This document shows positions 9,902-20,425 of a stretch of 64,000 nt of DNA, in pieces. Both the position numbers and the translations under genes were made by a program. The DNA comes from a bacterium (lineage in GTDB: Bacteria > UBA8248 > JACPRG01 > G963555815), in contig CBDHDG010000005.1 of NCBI GenBank assembly GCA_965261595.1, positions 96,001-160,000 on the forward strand. Reading direction: 5' to 3'. A model generated the notes under the pieces. It was not told where the DNA came from. It was given only the letters and a program-made list of their open reading frames with translations, and ran no database searches. Position 1 is the stretch's first letter; the number at the start of each line of letters is the position of its first letter.

Positions 9902-11569
9902 CCGGAATTTCCCATATCAACTTGCTTGGGTGGTTTCCGGTCCCCTTTCCCGATGAAAACCAGTTGACCCCCTTCCGATGGGTCTGTCAAGAGCCTTCCA
10001 ACCCTCCGCAACAAGGTGCTGACGGCCATCGACTGCCCCAAAAGGCGGACCCTCGCCCTTCGGTCCCCTTTATTCGCGGTTCAACCCGTTAACCAATCAC
10101 CTCATGCTGCCGGGAACCCTCTGCACAAGGTTAGACCGGCACCGGCCGTAATCGGTTGATTCGGTCCAGGATGATGGCGAACTCTTCCCTGGATACCGCT
10201 ACTTCGGCCAATTGAAAGATGATCTGCCGGGCGTGCCGCACAATCCTCCCGCCCATTTTGATGAGCTTGACCTGGAGGCTTCGCAGCGACCAGTGCTTGA
10301 GCCCCCTGGGCAAGGCTAGCCTGCGCAGGAAATTGCCCAGGTTGTACGCCAGGACGAAGAGAAGGAGCCGCACCTGGTTGCACACGAACCGGTGACAGGA
10401 AAGGCGTGTCCAGTTCAGGGCGTACTTGCCTTCCTTGATCCATTGCTCGGCTGTGCCTCGCTGGTTGTAGAAGTGCACGACCCCCTCGGGTCGAGCCGTC
10501 AGGTTCGTGACAATGAATCCGACGCGAGGGAAGAGTTCGCCTGAGTGCCATTCCACCTTCGCCACGACCCGCCGGGAACGGTCCCAGCTTCCAGCCTGAT
10601 ACCGGAAGTCGTAATAGAAGATGATGGGTCTCTTGGGCGGGCGACCGACCGGGCGGGTGAGGAGGAAGTCGATCTCTCGCTGCACCACGTCGTTGGCGGG
10701 AAGGCGGATGGCGTAAAGGAAGCTGTGCGCTTCCAGGCACTCATAGACCTCCGGGCGCGCAAAGGCGGCATCGGCTCGGAAGTAACGGCGAACACCCGCC
10801 CGCTCATACCGGGCCGCGATGGGCGAAAGCAACTCGCGCCAGCCATCGGCGCTGTGCACGTTGCCGGGGCGCAACATCGCCCCTTCGCAGTCCCCGAACT
10901 GGTTAAAGCAAAAAAGAGGGTGATAACAGGTGCAACGAAAGTGGCCGTTGTAGGCCGTACCTTCCTGCTCCCCATGGACGGGGCTTTCCGAGCTGTCCAT
11001 GTCCAGGATGATTCGCTGATGGGGTGAGTGTGCCATGGCCCGGTCCACCCACTCCCGGTTCAGCTCGCTCCGGCCCCTTGAGATTCTCCTCCCTGGTGAG
11101 AACCTCGGTCTCGAACCGGCTCAGGGTGTTGGCGCCCGCCGCCTGCTTCTCAAGCGCTCGGCGGCCGACCACGGCTTGCATCGCGGGGTCCTGGGCCAAC
11201 CGCTCGGCATCGTTGGTGTCTTCATACCCTGCCAAGCGGCTATAGACCGACTGGCGCAATAGCGGCGCCAACTCATGCTGGATGTTCCGGCCATGACGGA
11301 TCTCTTGCAATTGCACTGGCGCTCTCACCGTCAAACCCAGCGCATCATCCAGCTCCCGGCAGGCCAGCAATCCCGCATCCGAAGTGATTCTGGTTCCGTG
11401 AAACTCAAGCCTCAGCCGACGGTCAAAACGGATCTTCAAAGCCCCCTTCTTCGCTTCACCCATTGGGTCCCCTCGCAAGATGATGGCAGGGAGAGGCCAA
11501 CACCTTGATCTTACACGAGAAAACGGCATTCGGTCCGACAAAACTTATGATCCATATGGGAAATGCGGG
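9902..11569 (-). mobile_element. IS1380-family element, copy 1 (1668 bp)
   Basis: Ends CCCGCATTTCCCATAT / CCGGAATTTCCCATAT; near-identical to 17317-18984 and 28584-30251. Confidence 0.95.
10131..11463 (-). pseudogene. IS1380 transposase split by a frameshift
   Basis: ITSDAGL, GYEDTND, then ILDMDS, FRADAAF, YNQRGTAEQWIKEGK; frame change near 11065-11078. Confidence 0.9.
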
Positions 11570-12186
11570 TTCAAACCTTCCCGCCGCCAGATTCGCTGCA
11601 CCCGATCCTTCCCCACCGGCCAGCCCGAGCTCTGCAGCAACGCCGTGATTCGTCGATAACCGTACCGCCCGTACTGCGCCGCCAGAGCCACCACCGCTCG
11701 TGTCAGCTCATCCTCGTCCAACCGATCCATCGGCCGGTATCGTTGCGTTCCCCTCCATTGCCCTAGCAGCCGGCAGGCGCGCCGTTCCGACAGGCCATAC
11801 TTCCACCGCGCACACTCCACCGCGCAACGTCGCCGCTCAGGGCTCAGAAGTTTCCCTGGGCTACGTCCCGTAGCACTTGCTTCTCCAGCGACAACTCGGC
11901 CACCAGTCGCTCAACCGCGTATTTTCCTTCTTGAGCTCCTTCAGCCGTTTCGCCTGATCCAGCTTCAGCCCTCCATATTCCTTCCGCAGCGGTAATAAGT
12001 CTGGGTGTGGATACCGGCTTCCTTGCAGGCTTCGGGAGCCGTCTTCCCGTTTGCCATCTGCACTTCGATCTGCCGCAGCAAGGTCACAATCTGCTCTGCT
12101 TTGTACTTTCGGATCGGCATGTCCAGCTTCCTCCTTCGTGAGATCCTCTCTCACTTCTGCTGGTACAAAAAACGCCGGGCAGGTCA
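11570..12186 (-). mobile_element. IS3-family (IS407 group) remnant truncated by IS1380
   Basis: IRL TGACCTGCCC at 12186; OrfA MPIRKYKAEQIVTLLRQIEV with two 1-nt deletions; GGGAAAC slip motif; OrfB SERRACR...YGYRRI cut at 11570. Confidence 0.88.
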
Positions 12187-12217
12187 GGTATTCCGTTCGG
12201 TTTGCGATAGTAATATA

Positions 12218-12848
12218 GAACGTCGGGGACGGAGCCTCGGCGGCCTCGACGCTGCGCTATTTCCGGTCAACGGACGCGACAATTACGACTTCCGACACTG
12301 AAGTGGGTACGGACGCGGTGCCGGGGCTTGCCGTTGCGAGGACCAGCCTCCATACGCTGGAGAAGCTGCCAAGCCCCGGAACGTACTACTATGGCGTGTG
12401 CGTGGACGCGGTGGCGGGAGAATCCGACACGTCGAACAACTGTTCGAGTGGGGCGGAGGTCGTTGTACCGGCGCCGGCGCCGCTCCAGGGGAGGGACAAC
12501 CCCGACCTGATAATCGACGGACTAACGGTCTTCATTAGCCCTGGTCCTTTTCAGGGAGGGCCGTTCAGCCTGACGGCGACGGTGCGGAACGTCGGGGACG
12601 GAGCCTCGGCGGCCTCGACGCTGCGCTATTTCCGGTCAACGGACGCGACAATTACGACTTCCGACACTGAAGTGAGTACGGCCGCGGTGGCGGGGCTTGC
12701 CGCTTCGGAGAGCATCGGCGAGTCGGTCGACCTGACCCCTCCAACGACTCCCGGATCGTAATACTACGGGGCATGCGTGGACACGGTGACGGGCGAGTCC
12801 GACACGACCAACAACTGCTCGACATCCGTGCAGATCGGTGTCAATTGA
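12218..12848 (+). pseudogene. CARDB-like (Ig-fold) repeat protein fragment with premature stop
   Basis: Two units 369 nt apart sharing an identical 88-bp block (12218-12305 = 12587-12674); PGTYYYGVCVD..ESDTSNNCS versus PGS*YYGACVD..ESDTTNNCS. Confidence 0.75.
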
Positions 12849-13280
12849 ATTTTCTTTCTCCGCGCTCTGATGCTCGAACCCCAACGCCGGTCAGGGAATG
12901 AGGATCAGCCGGTGACTTGGATCGCTCCCGGCGCGGGGTTGCGGACGCCTACAGGCTGACCGGGACGGACCGCTGGATGGCGCTGATGCGGTGCCTAGTG
13001 ATCGTACGCAAGTACTGACGGCCAGAGGCGGGAGATGGGCCGCGCTCGATCGGCGCGTGTGCGGCACCGGGTCTGAACGAAGTCAGCTTCCAGGCGCTCA
13101 AGGTGTTGCGCCGACCCGGCTGCGGGTTGTGTGAATCGTGGCGCTGCCAAGTTGCACGGTGCACCGCGATTTGTTACCTCTGGTGCCGGAAAGACAACGC
13201 GGAACGTATTAGCTTTGATTTAATCTGACATATCGGCGATAGTTGGCGGGTTTCTGACCACGGGACGGGGGGCTTCGGGC

Positions 13281-13820
13281 CTGTATCAATATACGGCGAT
13301 AGACGATTGCAGCCGCTACAAGGTGTTGGGGATTGATCCGCGCCGCACGGCCTCGAACACCCTCGACTTCCTTGAGCAGGTGCTTGAGGAGAAGCCTTTG
13401 CCCATACAGCGGTTCCAGACGGATCGTGGCCGCGCGTTCTTCGCCTACAAGGTCCAGCAACGCCTCATGGAATGGGCGATCAAGTTCCGTCCGATCAAGC
13501 CTCGGTCACCCCATCTGAACGGCAAGGTCGAGCGCAGCCAGAAGACCGATCTGCAGGAGTTCTGGTCAACCGTCGATCTGAAGGCAGTCGATCTTCAACA
13601 GCAGCTGGACGAATGGCAGCACTTCTACAATTGGCATCGACCGCATACGGCCCTGAACGGCCGTTCACCCATTGATCGTGTTTGCGACCTGCCGTCGAAA
13701 ACGCCCCCGTCCGAAGACGCCTACGCCGCGTTCGATCCGACCAAGGAGCGAATCTGGGACCAGAACTACGCTATGGATCAGAAGCTGCGCGAATTGAAAT
13801 GAACTGATACGAACCCCACA
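13281..13820 (+). mobile_element. IS481-family transposase C-terminal fragment and right end
   Basis: LYQYTAIDDCSRY, QTDRG, HLNGKVERSQ, YNWHRPH; ends in ...CCCCACA at 13820. Confidence 0.85.
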
Positions 13821-14608
13821 GCTTACACGGTCTGCTTGTAATCGATTTTTAGGCTAGGAAACATCTCGGCCAACTTCTTCGCGGCGTCGTGTGTGGTGTT
13901 TCCCCATTGATTGGACAGGACATAAGTTTTGTTCTCGGCATGAAAGGGTTCACCCTCTTCGCAGAAGAAACGCTTCGACCGTGGCACGGCTCCCCCACCG
14001 TCATCCTTCACGATCTGTTCTTTCACCTGCTCCGCATCCAGCGTACCCTCGAAGACTTTTAATTTTCTCTTGGGGATGGCGCCCATGATTTGTTCCGGTG
14101 TGCCGCCGTTCGCCAGCACCTCTGAAACAAGCAGAAACATCATCTTGCGTTTGTTTTGTGCCCGGTATTGTTTACCGGCGATGCTGACGTCGTACTTGCT
14201 GAAATCTCGTGCGCCTTGTCTCGATTCCCGCTCTTTTTGTTTCTTCTGCCGAATCCGGACTTGATAATCGGCCGCTTCCGGTATTGGGATGACGGTTTGG
14301 ACGTCCATGAAGGTCTGCCCGTCACTTACATAAGGGTGCATTCGGACGCAGCGGATATCCAGCCCAAGATCGTTCAGCCACATCACCGCCGTCGTCAGCT
14401 CTTTTGAAAATTCGGCCGAGGCGAGGACGATTTTGACCTCCTGGCCGAATGCCTGTTCATCCAAATCATTCCAGTCCAGGAATTCGAGCAGACTTTCTCT
14501 CGCGTCCTGCTCAATGTTGCTCTTACTCAGGTAGCCCTCGTATCCCCCGCTCTAGGGTTTTGTTGGACACTCGATTGATCCATGATTCATGGAGAAAGGG
14601 GTGTCGCG

Positions 14609-14995
14609 ATGAACGAACAAAAGCAAGAGGGGGCTTTGGCGGAGGGCGCCCGCAGGGCGAACGGAGCCAAGGCCCCAGGGCATCGCAGTGAGCGGGGTCG
14701 GTTCTCCTGCCAGCGCAAGCGGGAGGCGGTCCTGCGTCTTTTGCGGGGCGAGAGCCTGGAGACGCTCTGCCGCGAGTTGGGCACGACAGCGGCTCGGCTT
14801 TCCGCCTGGCGCGAGGCGTTCCTTCGCGGGGGCGAGGCGGCGCTCAAAGCCCGCCCGGCGGATGAGCGGGCCGAGGAGAACGCCCGGCTCAAGGCCAAGG
14901 TGGGCGAACTCACGATGGAGGGCGAGGTCCTGCGGGAGAAGATCGACCGCCTGGAGGCCGGCCGCCCTTTAGCCGGCAGGAGGTGGAGGCGATGA
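14609..14995 (+). CDS. IS3 OrfA (HTH)
   Basis: RKREAVLRLLRGE HTH; C-CCT-TTA -1 slippery heptamer at 14965-14971. Confidence 0.85.
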   Translation: MNEQKQEGALAEGARRANGAKAPGHRSERGRFSCQRKREAVLRLLRGESLETLCRELGTTAARLSAWREAFLRGGEAALKARPADERAEENARLKAKVGELTMEGEVLREKIDRLEAGRPLAGRRWRR

Positions 14996-15900
14996 GTCAG
15001 GCCCGCTTCACCTCCACGGGCAGAGCCTACGGCCTGAAGCGGGTGTGCGCCCTTTGGGGCTTGGCGCGCTCCACGGTCTACGCGCAACGGCGGCGAGAGG
15101 CGGTCCCCGTTCATGAACGCCCCACGCCCAATAAGCGCGGCCCTGTGGGCCCGTGCACCGATGCGGAACTCCTCGGCCACATCCGGCAGGTCCTGGAGGA
15201 CTCTCCCTTCCATGGCGAGGGCTACCGCAAGGTGTGGGCGAGGCTGCGCTTCGCGGGCATCCGCACCAGCAAGGAGCGGGTGCGTCGCCTGATGCGGGAG
15301 GCGGGGCTTCAGGCCCCCCACCGGGTGGGCAAACCCCGAGGTCCCAAGGCCCACAACGGGACCATCCGCACCGAGCGGCCCGACCGAATGTGGGGCACGG
15401 ACATGACGACGACGGTGACCACCGAGGAGGGGATGGCCTCGGTGTTCGTGGCGGTGGATCACTGCTCGGTGGACTGCGTGGGGATCCATGCGGCCAAGAG
15501 CGGCAACCGCTTCGAGGCCCTGGAGCCGATCCGGCAGGGGGTCGCCGAGCGCTTCGCCGGCTTGGAGGCGGACGTCGCCGAGGGGCTTAAAGTTCGTCAC
15601 GACCACGGCCCCGCCTATCTGTCCGATGACTTTCAGCGGGAGATCGCCTACCTGGGCATGACCAGTTCGCCCAGCTTCGTGCGGGCGCCCGAGGGAAATG
15701 GCTACTGTGAGTGGTTCATCCGCATCTTGAAGGAGAATCTCCTGTGGGTGCGCTCTTTCGCCACCGTAGAGGAACTGCGGTGGGCGCTGCTTGAGTTCAA
15801 GAACCTGTACAACCATCATTGGATTCTCGAGGGCTACGGCTACCGAACGCCGGCCCAGGCAAGGCAGGAAAAACTCGCTCAAGTTGCGGAGGCCGCATGA
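14992..15900 (+). CDS. IS3 OrfB DDE transposase
   Basis: WGTDMT, RHDHG, GNGYCEWF; ATGA overlap with OrfA. Confidence 0.9.
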   Translation: MSQARFTSTGRAYGLKRVCALWGLARSTVYAQRRREAVPVHERPTPNKRGPVGPCTDAELLGHIRQVLEDSPFHGEGYRKVWARLRFAGIRTSKERVRRLMREAGLQAPHRVGKPRGPKAHNGTIRTERPDRMWGTDMTTTVTTEEGMASVFVAVDHCSVDCVGIHAAKSGNRFEALEPIRQGVAERFAGLEADVAEGLKVRHDHGPAYLSDDFQREIAYLGMTSSPSFVRAPEGNGYCEWFIRILKENLLWVRSFATVEELRWALLEFKNLYNHHWILEGYGYRTPAQARQEKLAQVAEAA

Positions 15901-16299
15901 GGTCGAATACCCTCACCCGAGTGTCCAATAACCCAGGGGCGGTCCACGTATTTCGTCACCAACTCGTCAAAGGTTAGCGTGGAGATCATCGCGGCATAGC
16001 GAATGGCCTGCAGTTCCATGTATCCGCCATCTTCCGTGCGCTTTAGTTCGATCACGACGAGGTTGGCGCCTTTGTCGATGCCCAGCAAATCAATGCGCCG
16101 CCGACTGCCCTCCCAGTCGCTAAATTCCTCAGCCACGATCAGCGTATCCGGAGAAATCACATCGATCTGGGATTTCAGAAGAGCCTGGAGATCATGCCGC
16201 TCCCGCAAGCCTTGCTGCGCAAACGTTGTGCGTTCGATCGGAAGAATTTTGTTGTTATCGATGCGGTAAATCGGCATACGGCTATCCTTTCATCGTGCG

Positions 16300-16570
16300 C
16301 TCCGGCGGCTTGTTGCGGCGGCCCTTGCGGTGGGTCCGGCTCTTTAGTCCCTTCTCCTACAGCACGGCCTTGATCTCCGCCGACCGGTAGACGCTGTCCG
16401 CCCATGCGTCCGCGGCGGTGTTGTCGGGATCGAGAATGTCTTCCACCACCTGGCTGTCGTGCACAGCCGCGTCCGTCACGTGATAGCACCGGATCAGCTT
16501 ATGCTTGCGGTCCACGTTGATACGGTTCATGTAACCATGATAGTTCCCGCCGTGCTTCTTGGTCCGGCTC
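16300..16570 (-). pseudogene. IS5-family transposase remnant
   Basis: HGYMNRINVD..LIR..VTDAAVHDSQ...AWADSVYRS with an internal stop. Confidence 0.75.
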
Positions 16571-16614
16571 GGATGACGGCTCTGCTTCGCGCGCCGCACG
16601 CGGCGTTGCCTTTC

Positions 16615-16760
16615 CCGCAGCGCGGATTATACCTGCCCTCGATGAATTGGAAGATCGCCACGCGCGCCTCGGCCTGGGTACGGAACGAACGCCGGTTGAT
16701 GAACTCGCACTCCAGCGTGGCGAAAAAGCTCTCGGCATGGCGTTATCAAAGCAGTCGCCG
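16615..16760 (-). pseudogene. IS3-family OrfB C-terminal remnant
   Basis: CFDNAM(A)ESFFATLECE...AIFQFIEGRYNP with a 1-nt deletion. Confidence 0.75.
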
Positions 16761-17068
16761 GCCGAGCCGGTCTCCCGAGCGAACCAAGCCGTAGCTTTTG
16801 CCAGTATCTCCCGCTCTTCGCAAAGCTGACGGTTCTTTCGACGAAGCCGCCGCAGCTCCTCGAGTTCCGAACTCCTCAGACCGTCCTCACGACGGCCCTC
16901 GTCGCGATCGGCTTGGCGTAACTAGTTGCGAATCGCCGAAGCGGAACACTCGAACTCGCGGGCCAGCTCCCCTGCCATGCGGCCCGCAAAGACCAGTTCG
17001 ACCATCTGGCGCCGGTACGCCGGCGCGTAAGGCGGATGAGTTTTCGGCATCTGAACACCTCCTGACCA

Positions 17069-17316
17069 ATGTCTGAAAGTGTACACGGAAACGGGTCAAC
17101 TCCAGTTTCCGTAGACGACATCGACAAATATTGCCGCGACTACCAGAAATTCAAAGAACGGGTCATCACATGGGCAAGACGGCTACCCGAGATACTGAGT
17201 CAACTCGACTTTGCAGCGCCAATACAGTTAGAGATATCGAATGAGGGTGATGCCTTTGCGGAGCATGTTGAGGTGAACGTTTCAACGTCTACCGGATACA
17301 GTTTCATCCCTATTGA
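17069..17316 (+). pseudogene. Hypothetical protein fragment truncated by IS1380
   Basis: Plausible globular sequence (YCRDYQKF...LEISNEGDAFAEHVEV) cut at the IS end. Confidence 0.35.
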
Positions 17317-18984
17317 CCCGCATTTCCCATATGGATCATAAGTTTTGTCGGACCGAATGCCGTTTTCTCGTGTAAGATCAAGGTGTTGGCCTCTCCCTGC
17401 CATCATCTTGCGAGGGGACCCAATGGGTGAAGCGAAGAAGGGGGCTTTGAAGATCCGTTTTGACCGTCGGCTGAGGCTTGAGTTTCACGGAACCAGAATC
17501 ACTTCGGATGCGGGATTGCTGGCCTGCCGGGAGCTGGATGATGCGCTGGGTTTGACGGTGAGAGCGCCAGTGCAATTGCAAGAGATCCGTCATGGCCGGA
17601 ACATCCAGCATGAGTTGGCGCCGCTATTGCGCCAGTCGGTCTATAGCCGCTTGGCAGGGTATGAAGACACCAACGATGCCGAGCGGTTGGCCCAGGACCC
17701 CGCGATGCAAGCCGTGGTCGGCCGCCGAGCGCTTGAGAAGCAGGCGGCGGGCGCCAACACCCTGAGCCGGTTCGAGACCGAGGTTCTCACCAGGGAGGAG
17801 AATCTCAAGGGGCCGGAGCGAGCTGAACCGGGAGTGGGTGGACCGGGCCATGGCACACTCACCCCATCAGCGAATCATCCTGGACATGGACAGCTCGGAA
17901 AGCCCCGTCCATGGGGAGCAGGAAGGTACGGCCTACAACGGCCACTTTCGTTGCACCTGTTATCACCCTCTTTTTTGCTTTAACCAGTTCGGGGACTGCG
18001 AAGGGGCGATGTTGCGCCCCGGCAACGTGCACAGCGCCGATGGCTGGCGCGAGTTGCTTTCGCCCATCGCGGCCCGGTATGAGCGGGCGGGTGTTCGCCG
18101 TTACTTCCGAGCCGATGCCGCCTTTGCGCGCCCGGAGGTCTATGAGTGCCTGGAAGCGCACAGCTTCCTTTACGCCATCCGCCTTCCCGCCAACGACGTG
18201 GTGCAGCGAGAGATCGACTTCCTCCTCACCCGCCCGGTCGGTCGCCCGCCCAAGAGACCCATCATCTTCTATTACGACTTCCGGTATCAGGCTGGAAGCT
18301 GGGACCGTTCCCGGCGGGTCGTGGCGAAGGTGGAATGGCACTCAGGCGAACTCTTCCCTCGCGTCGGATTCATTGTCACGAACCTGACGGCTCGACCCGA
18401 GGGGGTCGTGCACTTCTACAACCAGCGAGGCACAGCCGAGCAATGGATCAAGGAAGGCAAGTACGCCCTGAACTGGACACGCCTTTCCTGTCACCGGTTC
18501 GTGTGCAACCAGGTGCGGCTCCTTCTCTTCGTCCTGGCGTACAACCTGGGCAATTTCCTGCGCAGGCTAGCCTTGCCCAGGGGGCTCAAGCACTGGTCGC
18601 TCCGAAGCCTCCAGGTCAAGCTCATCAAAATGGGCGGGAGGATTGTGCGGCACGCCCGGCAGATCATCTTTCAATTGGCCGAAGTAGCGGTGTCCAGGGA
18701 AGAGTTCGCCATCATCCTGGACCGAATCAACCGATTACGGCCGGTGCCGGTCTAACCTTGTGCAGAGGGTTCCCGGCAGCATGAGGTGATTGGTTAACGG
18801 GTTGAACCGCGAACAAAGGAGACCGAAGGGCGAGGGTCCGCCTTTTGGGGCAGTCGATGGCCGTCAGCACCTTGTTGCGGAGGGTTGGAAGGCTCTTGAC
18901 AAACCCATCGGAAGGGGATCAACTGGTTTTCATCGGGAAAGGGGACCGGAAACCACCCAAGCAAGTTGATATGGGAAATTCCGG
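17317..18984 (+). mobile_element. IS1380-family element, copy 2 (1668 bp)
   Basis: Same ends and sequence as the other copies. Confidence 0.95.
17423..18755 (+). pseudogene. IS1380 transposase split by a frameshift
   Basis: Same frame change at AAGGGGCCGGAGCGAG (about 17807-17822). Confidence 0.9.
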
Positions 18985-19100
18985 CTTGATAGGCCCGGAC
19001 GGCCTGAGCGCGTGGAAGGCCGAATCATTCCAATAGCCAATCCTTGTCCAACCAAATCGACGATCCTGAGAGGCCTAGCCATCCATGACAGTCTACCAGA

Positions 19101-19127
19101 AAATGTTGGAATGTGAGACCTGACCCC
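19101..19127 (-). repeat. 27-bp REP-like motif (inverted partner at 28477-28503)
   Basis: Minus strand GGGGTCAGGTCTCACATTCCAACATTT, followed by a RAYT-like start MARPLRI at ATG 19082. Confidence 0.8.
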
Positions 19128-19172
19128 ATTCCTTTTGCGTTCGATGTCCAACGAGACCCGACCAATTTTTTG

Positions 19173-19202
19173 TTGACAGGCGGAGTCAAGAAATGCTATA
19201 CT
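19173..19202 (+). promoter_or_regulatory. Sigma70 promoter of the ABC-hydantoinase operon with an overlapping inverted repeat
   Basis: TTGACA-18-TATACT with extended -10 TG; TTGAC-N7-GTCAA overlaps the -35. Confidence 0.7.
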
Positions 19203-19344
19203 GGGTCATAATTCGAGAAAAGTCTGGCCATCGTGGTCGGGGAACCTTTCCCCTGAAGCCCCGTGATTTCCGGGACTTCAGGGTGAAAATCAGGGTGTCT
19301 TCATGGCAATCCTTTAGCCCCACGCGCAAGAGGGAGGTGCCAAG

Positions 19345-20355
19345 ATGAAAGGCGTTCGCCAAATCATTTGTCTCATGGTTGTGGCCGCAATGGTGGTCTT
19401 ATTTGGAACCGGCTTGAAAGAGGGCTGGGCGGCCGAAAAAAGGTTCAAGGTGGCCATGGTCCTGTTCGGGAAGATCACCGATCAGGGCTGGAATTCGATG
19501 ATGTACGAAAGCGTGGTTAATCTGAAGGACAAGCACAATCTCCAGATCGAGTACTCCGAGAACGTCTCACCAGCGGATGCCGAGCGTGTCATCCGGGGTT
19601 ACGCTTCCCGCGGATTCAATCTGATTATTGCGCACGCCTTCGCCTACGGCAAGGTCACGATGGGAGTGGCCAAGGACTTTCCGCAGGTGAAGTTCGCTCG
19701 CTGCTGTTACGGCGGACCCAAGGACATTGCCGAAAACGTCAACGTGTACGACGTTGACTCACATGAGGTTTCCTTCCTGGCGGGGATGCTCGCGGGACTT
19801 TACACCAAGAACAATAAGGTGGGTGTAACGGCCGCCCTGAAGATTCCTGATTTCAACGAGAACATCAACGCATTCAAACAAGGCGTCAAGGCCGCCAATC
19901 CCTCCGCCCAGTTCATCGTCACTTGGGTTGGATCCTTCGAAGCCCCGGTCAAAGCCAAAGAGGCCACCCTCGCCATGATCGACAACGGCGTGGACGTCGT
20001 CTTTTCCCTCGGAAATGGAACGGGCCTTGGGACGATTCAGGCCTGCAAGGAAAGGAACATTCCCGTCGTCGGCATTCACCGGGACAAAAACAAAATCGCC
20101 CCGGGCGTGGTCATCACAAGTGTGGTCTGGCGGATGGAGCCCATCATCGAGCGGTTCATCAAAGATGCGCGAAAAGGCACCTACGGAAAGCTCCTCTTCA
20201 GGGTCAGCCTGAAAGAAGGCGGGGCCGAGTTGGCGCCGTTCCATGCGTATGAAAACAAAATTTCCGCTGACATCAAGGACAAGCTTGCCAAGGCGAAACA
20301 GGATATTTTGAGCGGAAAGATCAAGGTGAAGTTCGATCAGAAGCCGCCGAACTAA
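19345..20355 (+). CDS. BMP-family (nucleoside/purine-type) ABC substrate-binding protein
   Basis: GKITDQGWN, SFLAGMLAG, WVGSFEAP..KEA, VITSVVW; GGGAGG RBS. Confidence 0.93.
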   Translation: MKGVRQIICLMVVAAMVVLFGTGLKEGWAAEKRFKVAMVLFGKITDQGWNSMMYESVVNLKDKHNLQIEYSENVSPADAERVIRGYASRGFNLIIAHAFAYGKVTMGVAKDFPQVKFARCCYGGPKDIAENVNVYDVDSHEVSFLAGMLAGLYTKNNKVGVTAALKIPDFNENINAFKQGVKAANPSAQFIVTWVGSFEAPVKAKEATLAMIDNGVDVVFSLGNGTGLGTIQACKERNIPVVGIHRDKNKIAPGVVITSVVWRMEPIIERFIKDARKGTYGKLLFRVSLKEGGAELAPFHAYENKISADIKDKLAKAKQDILSGKIKVKFDQKPPN

Positions 20356-20425
20356 ATCCTCTCGAATCGGCAGACAATAGAAGCCCCCTGCCCTGGCGGA
20401 AACTCAGTCGTGGAGACGGACAGGC

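Larger units (their letters stand above)
14543..15946 (+). mobile_element. IS3-family element, copy A (1404 bp), TSD CGTA
   Basis: IRL TCCCCCGCTCTAGGGTTTTGTTGGACACTC, IRR ...CCCAGGGGCGGTCCA; CGTA on both sides. Confidence 0.95.
13823..16277 (-). pseudogene. NucS/PD-(D/E)XK-like endonuclease gene interrupted by IS3
   Basis: RIDLLGID..LVVIELKR..QAIRY N-half (15947-16277) rejoins in frame with the C-half (TKY|EGYL...IVLASAEFSKEL) once the IS and one CGTA are removed. Confidence 0.88.

Noticed and set aside
12218..12674. 88-bp repeat as a DGR template/variable pair
   Set aside because: The copies are identical, in frame within a repeat protein, and no reverse transcriptase is present
12850..13280. 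Possible ncRNA or element end
   Set aside because: No recognisable ORF, RNA motif or matching partner repeat could be supported
14587..15882. 431-aa antisense ORF present in all four IS3 copies
   Set aside because: It is conserved only because the IS copies are near-identical; it is the shadow of OrfAB
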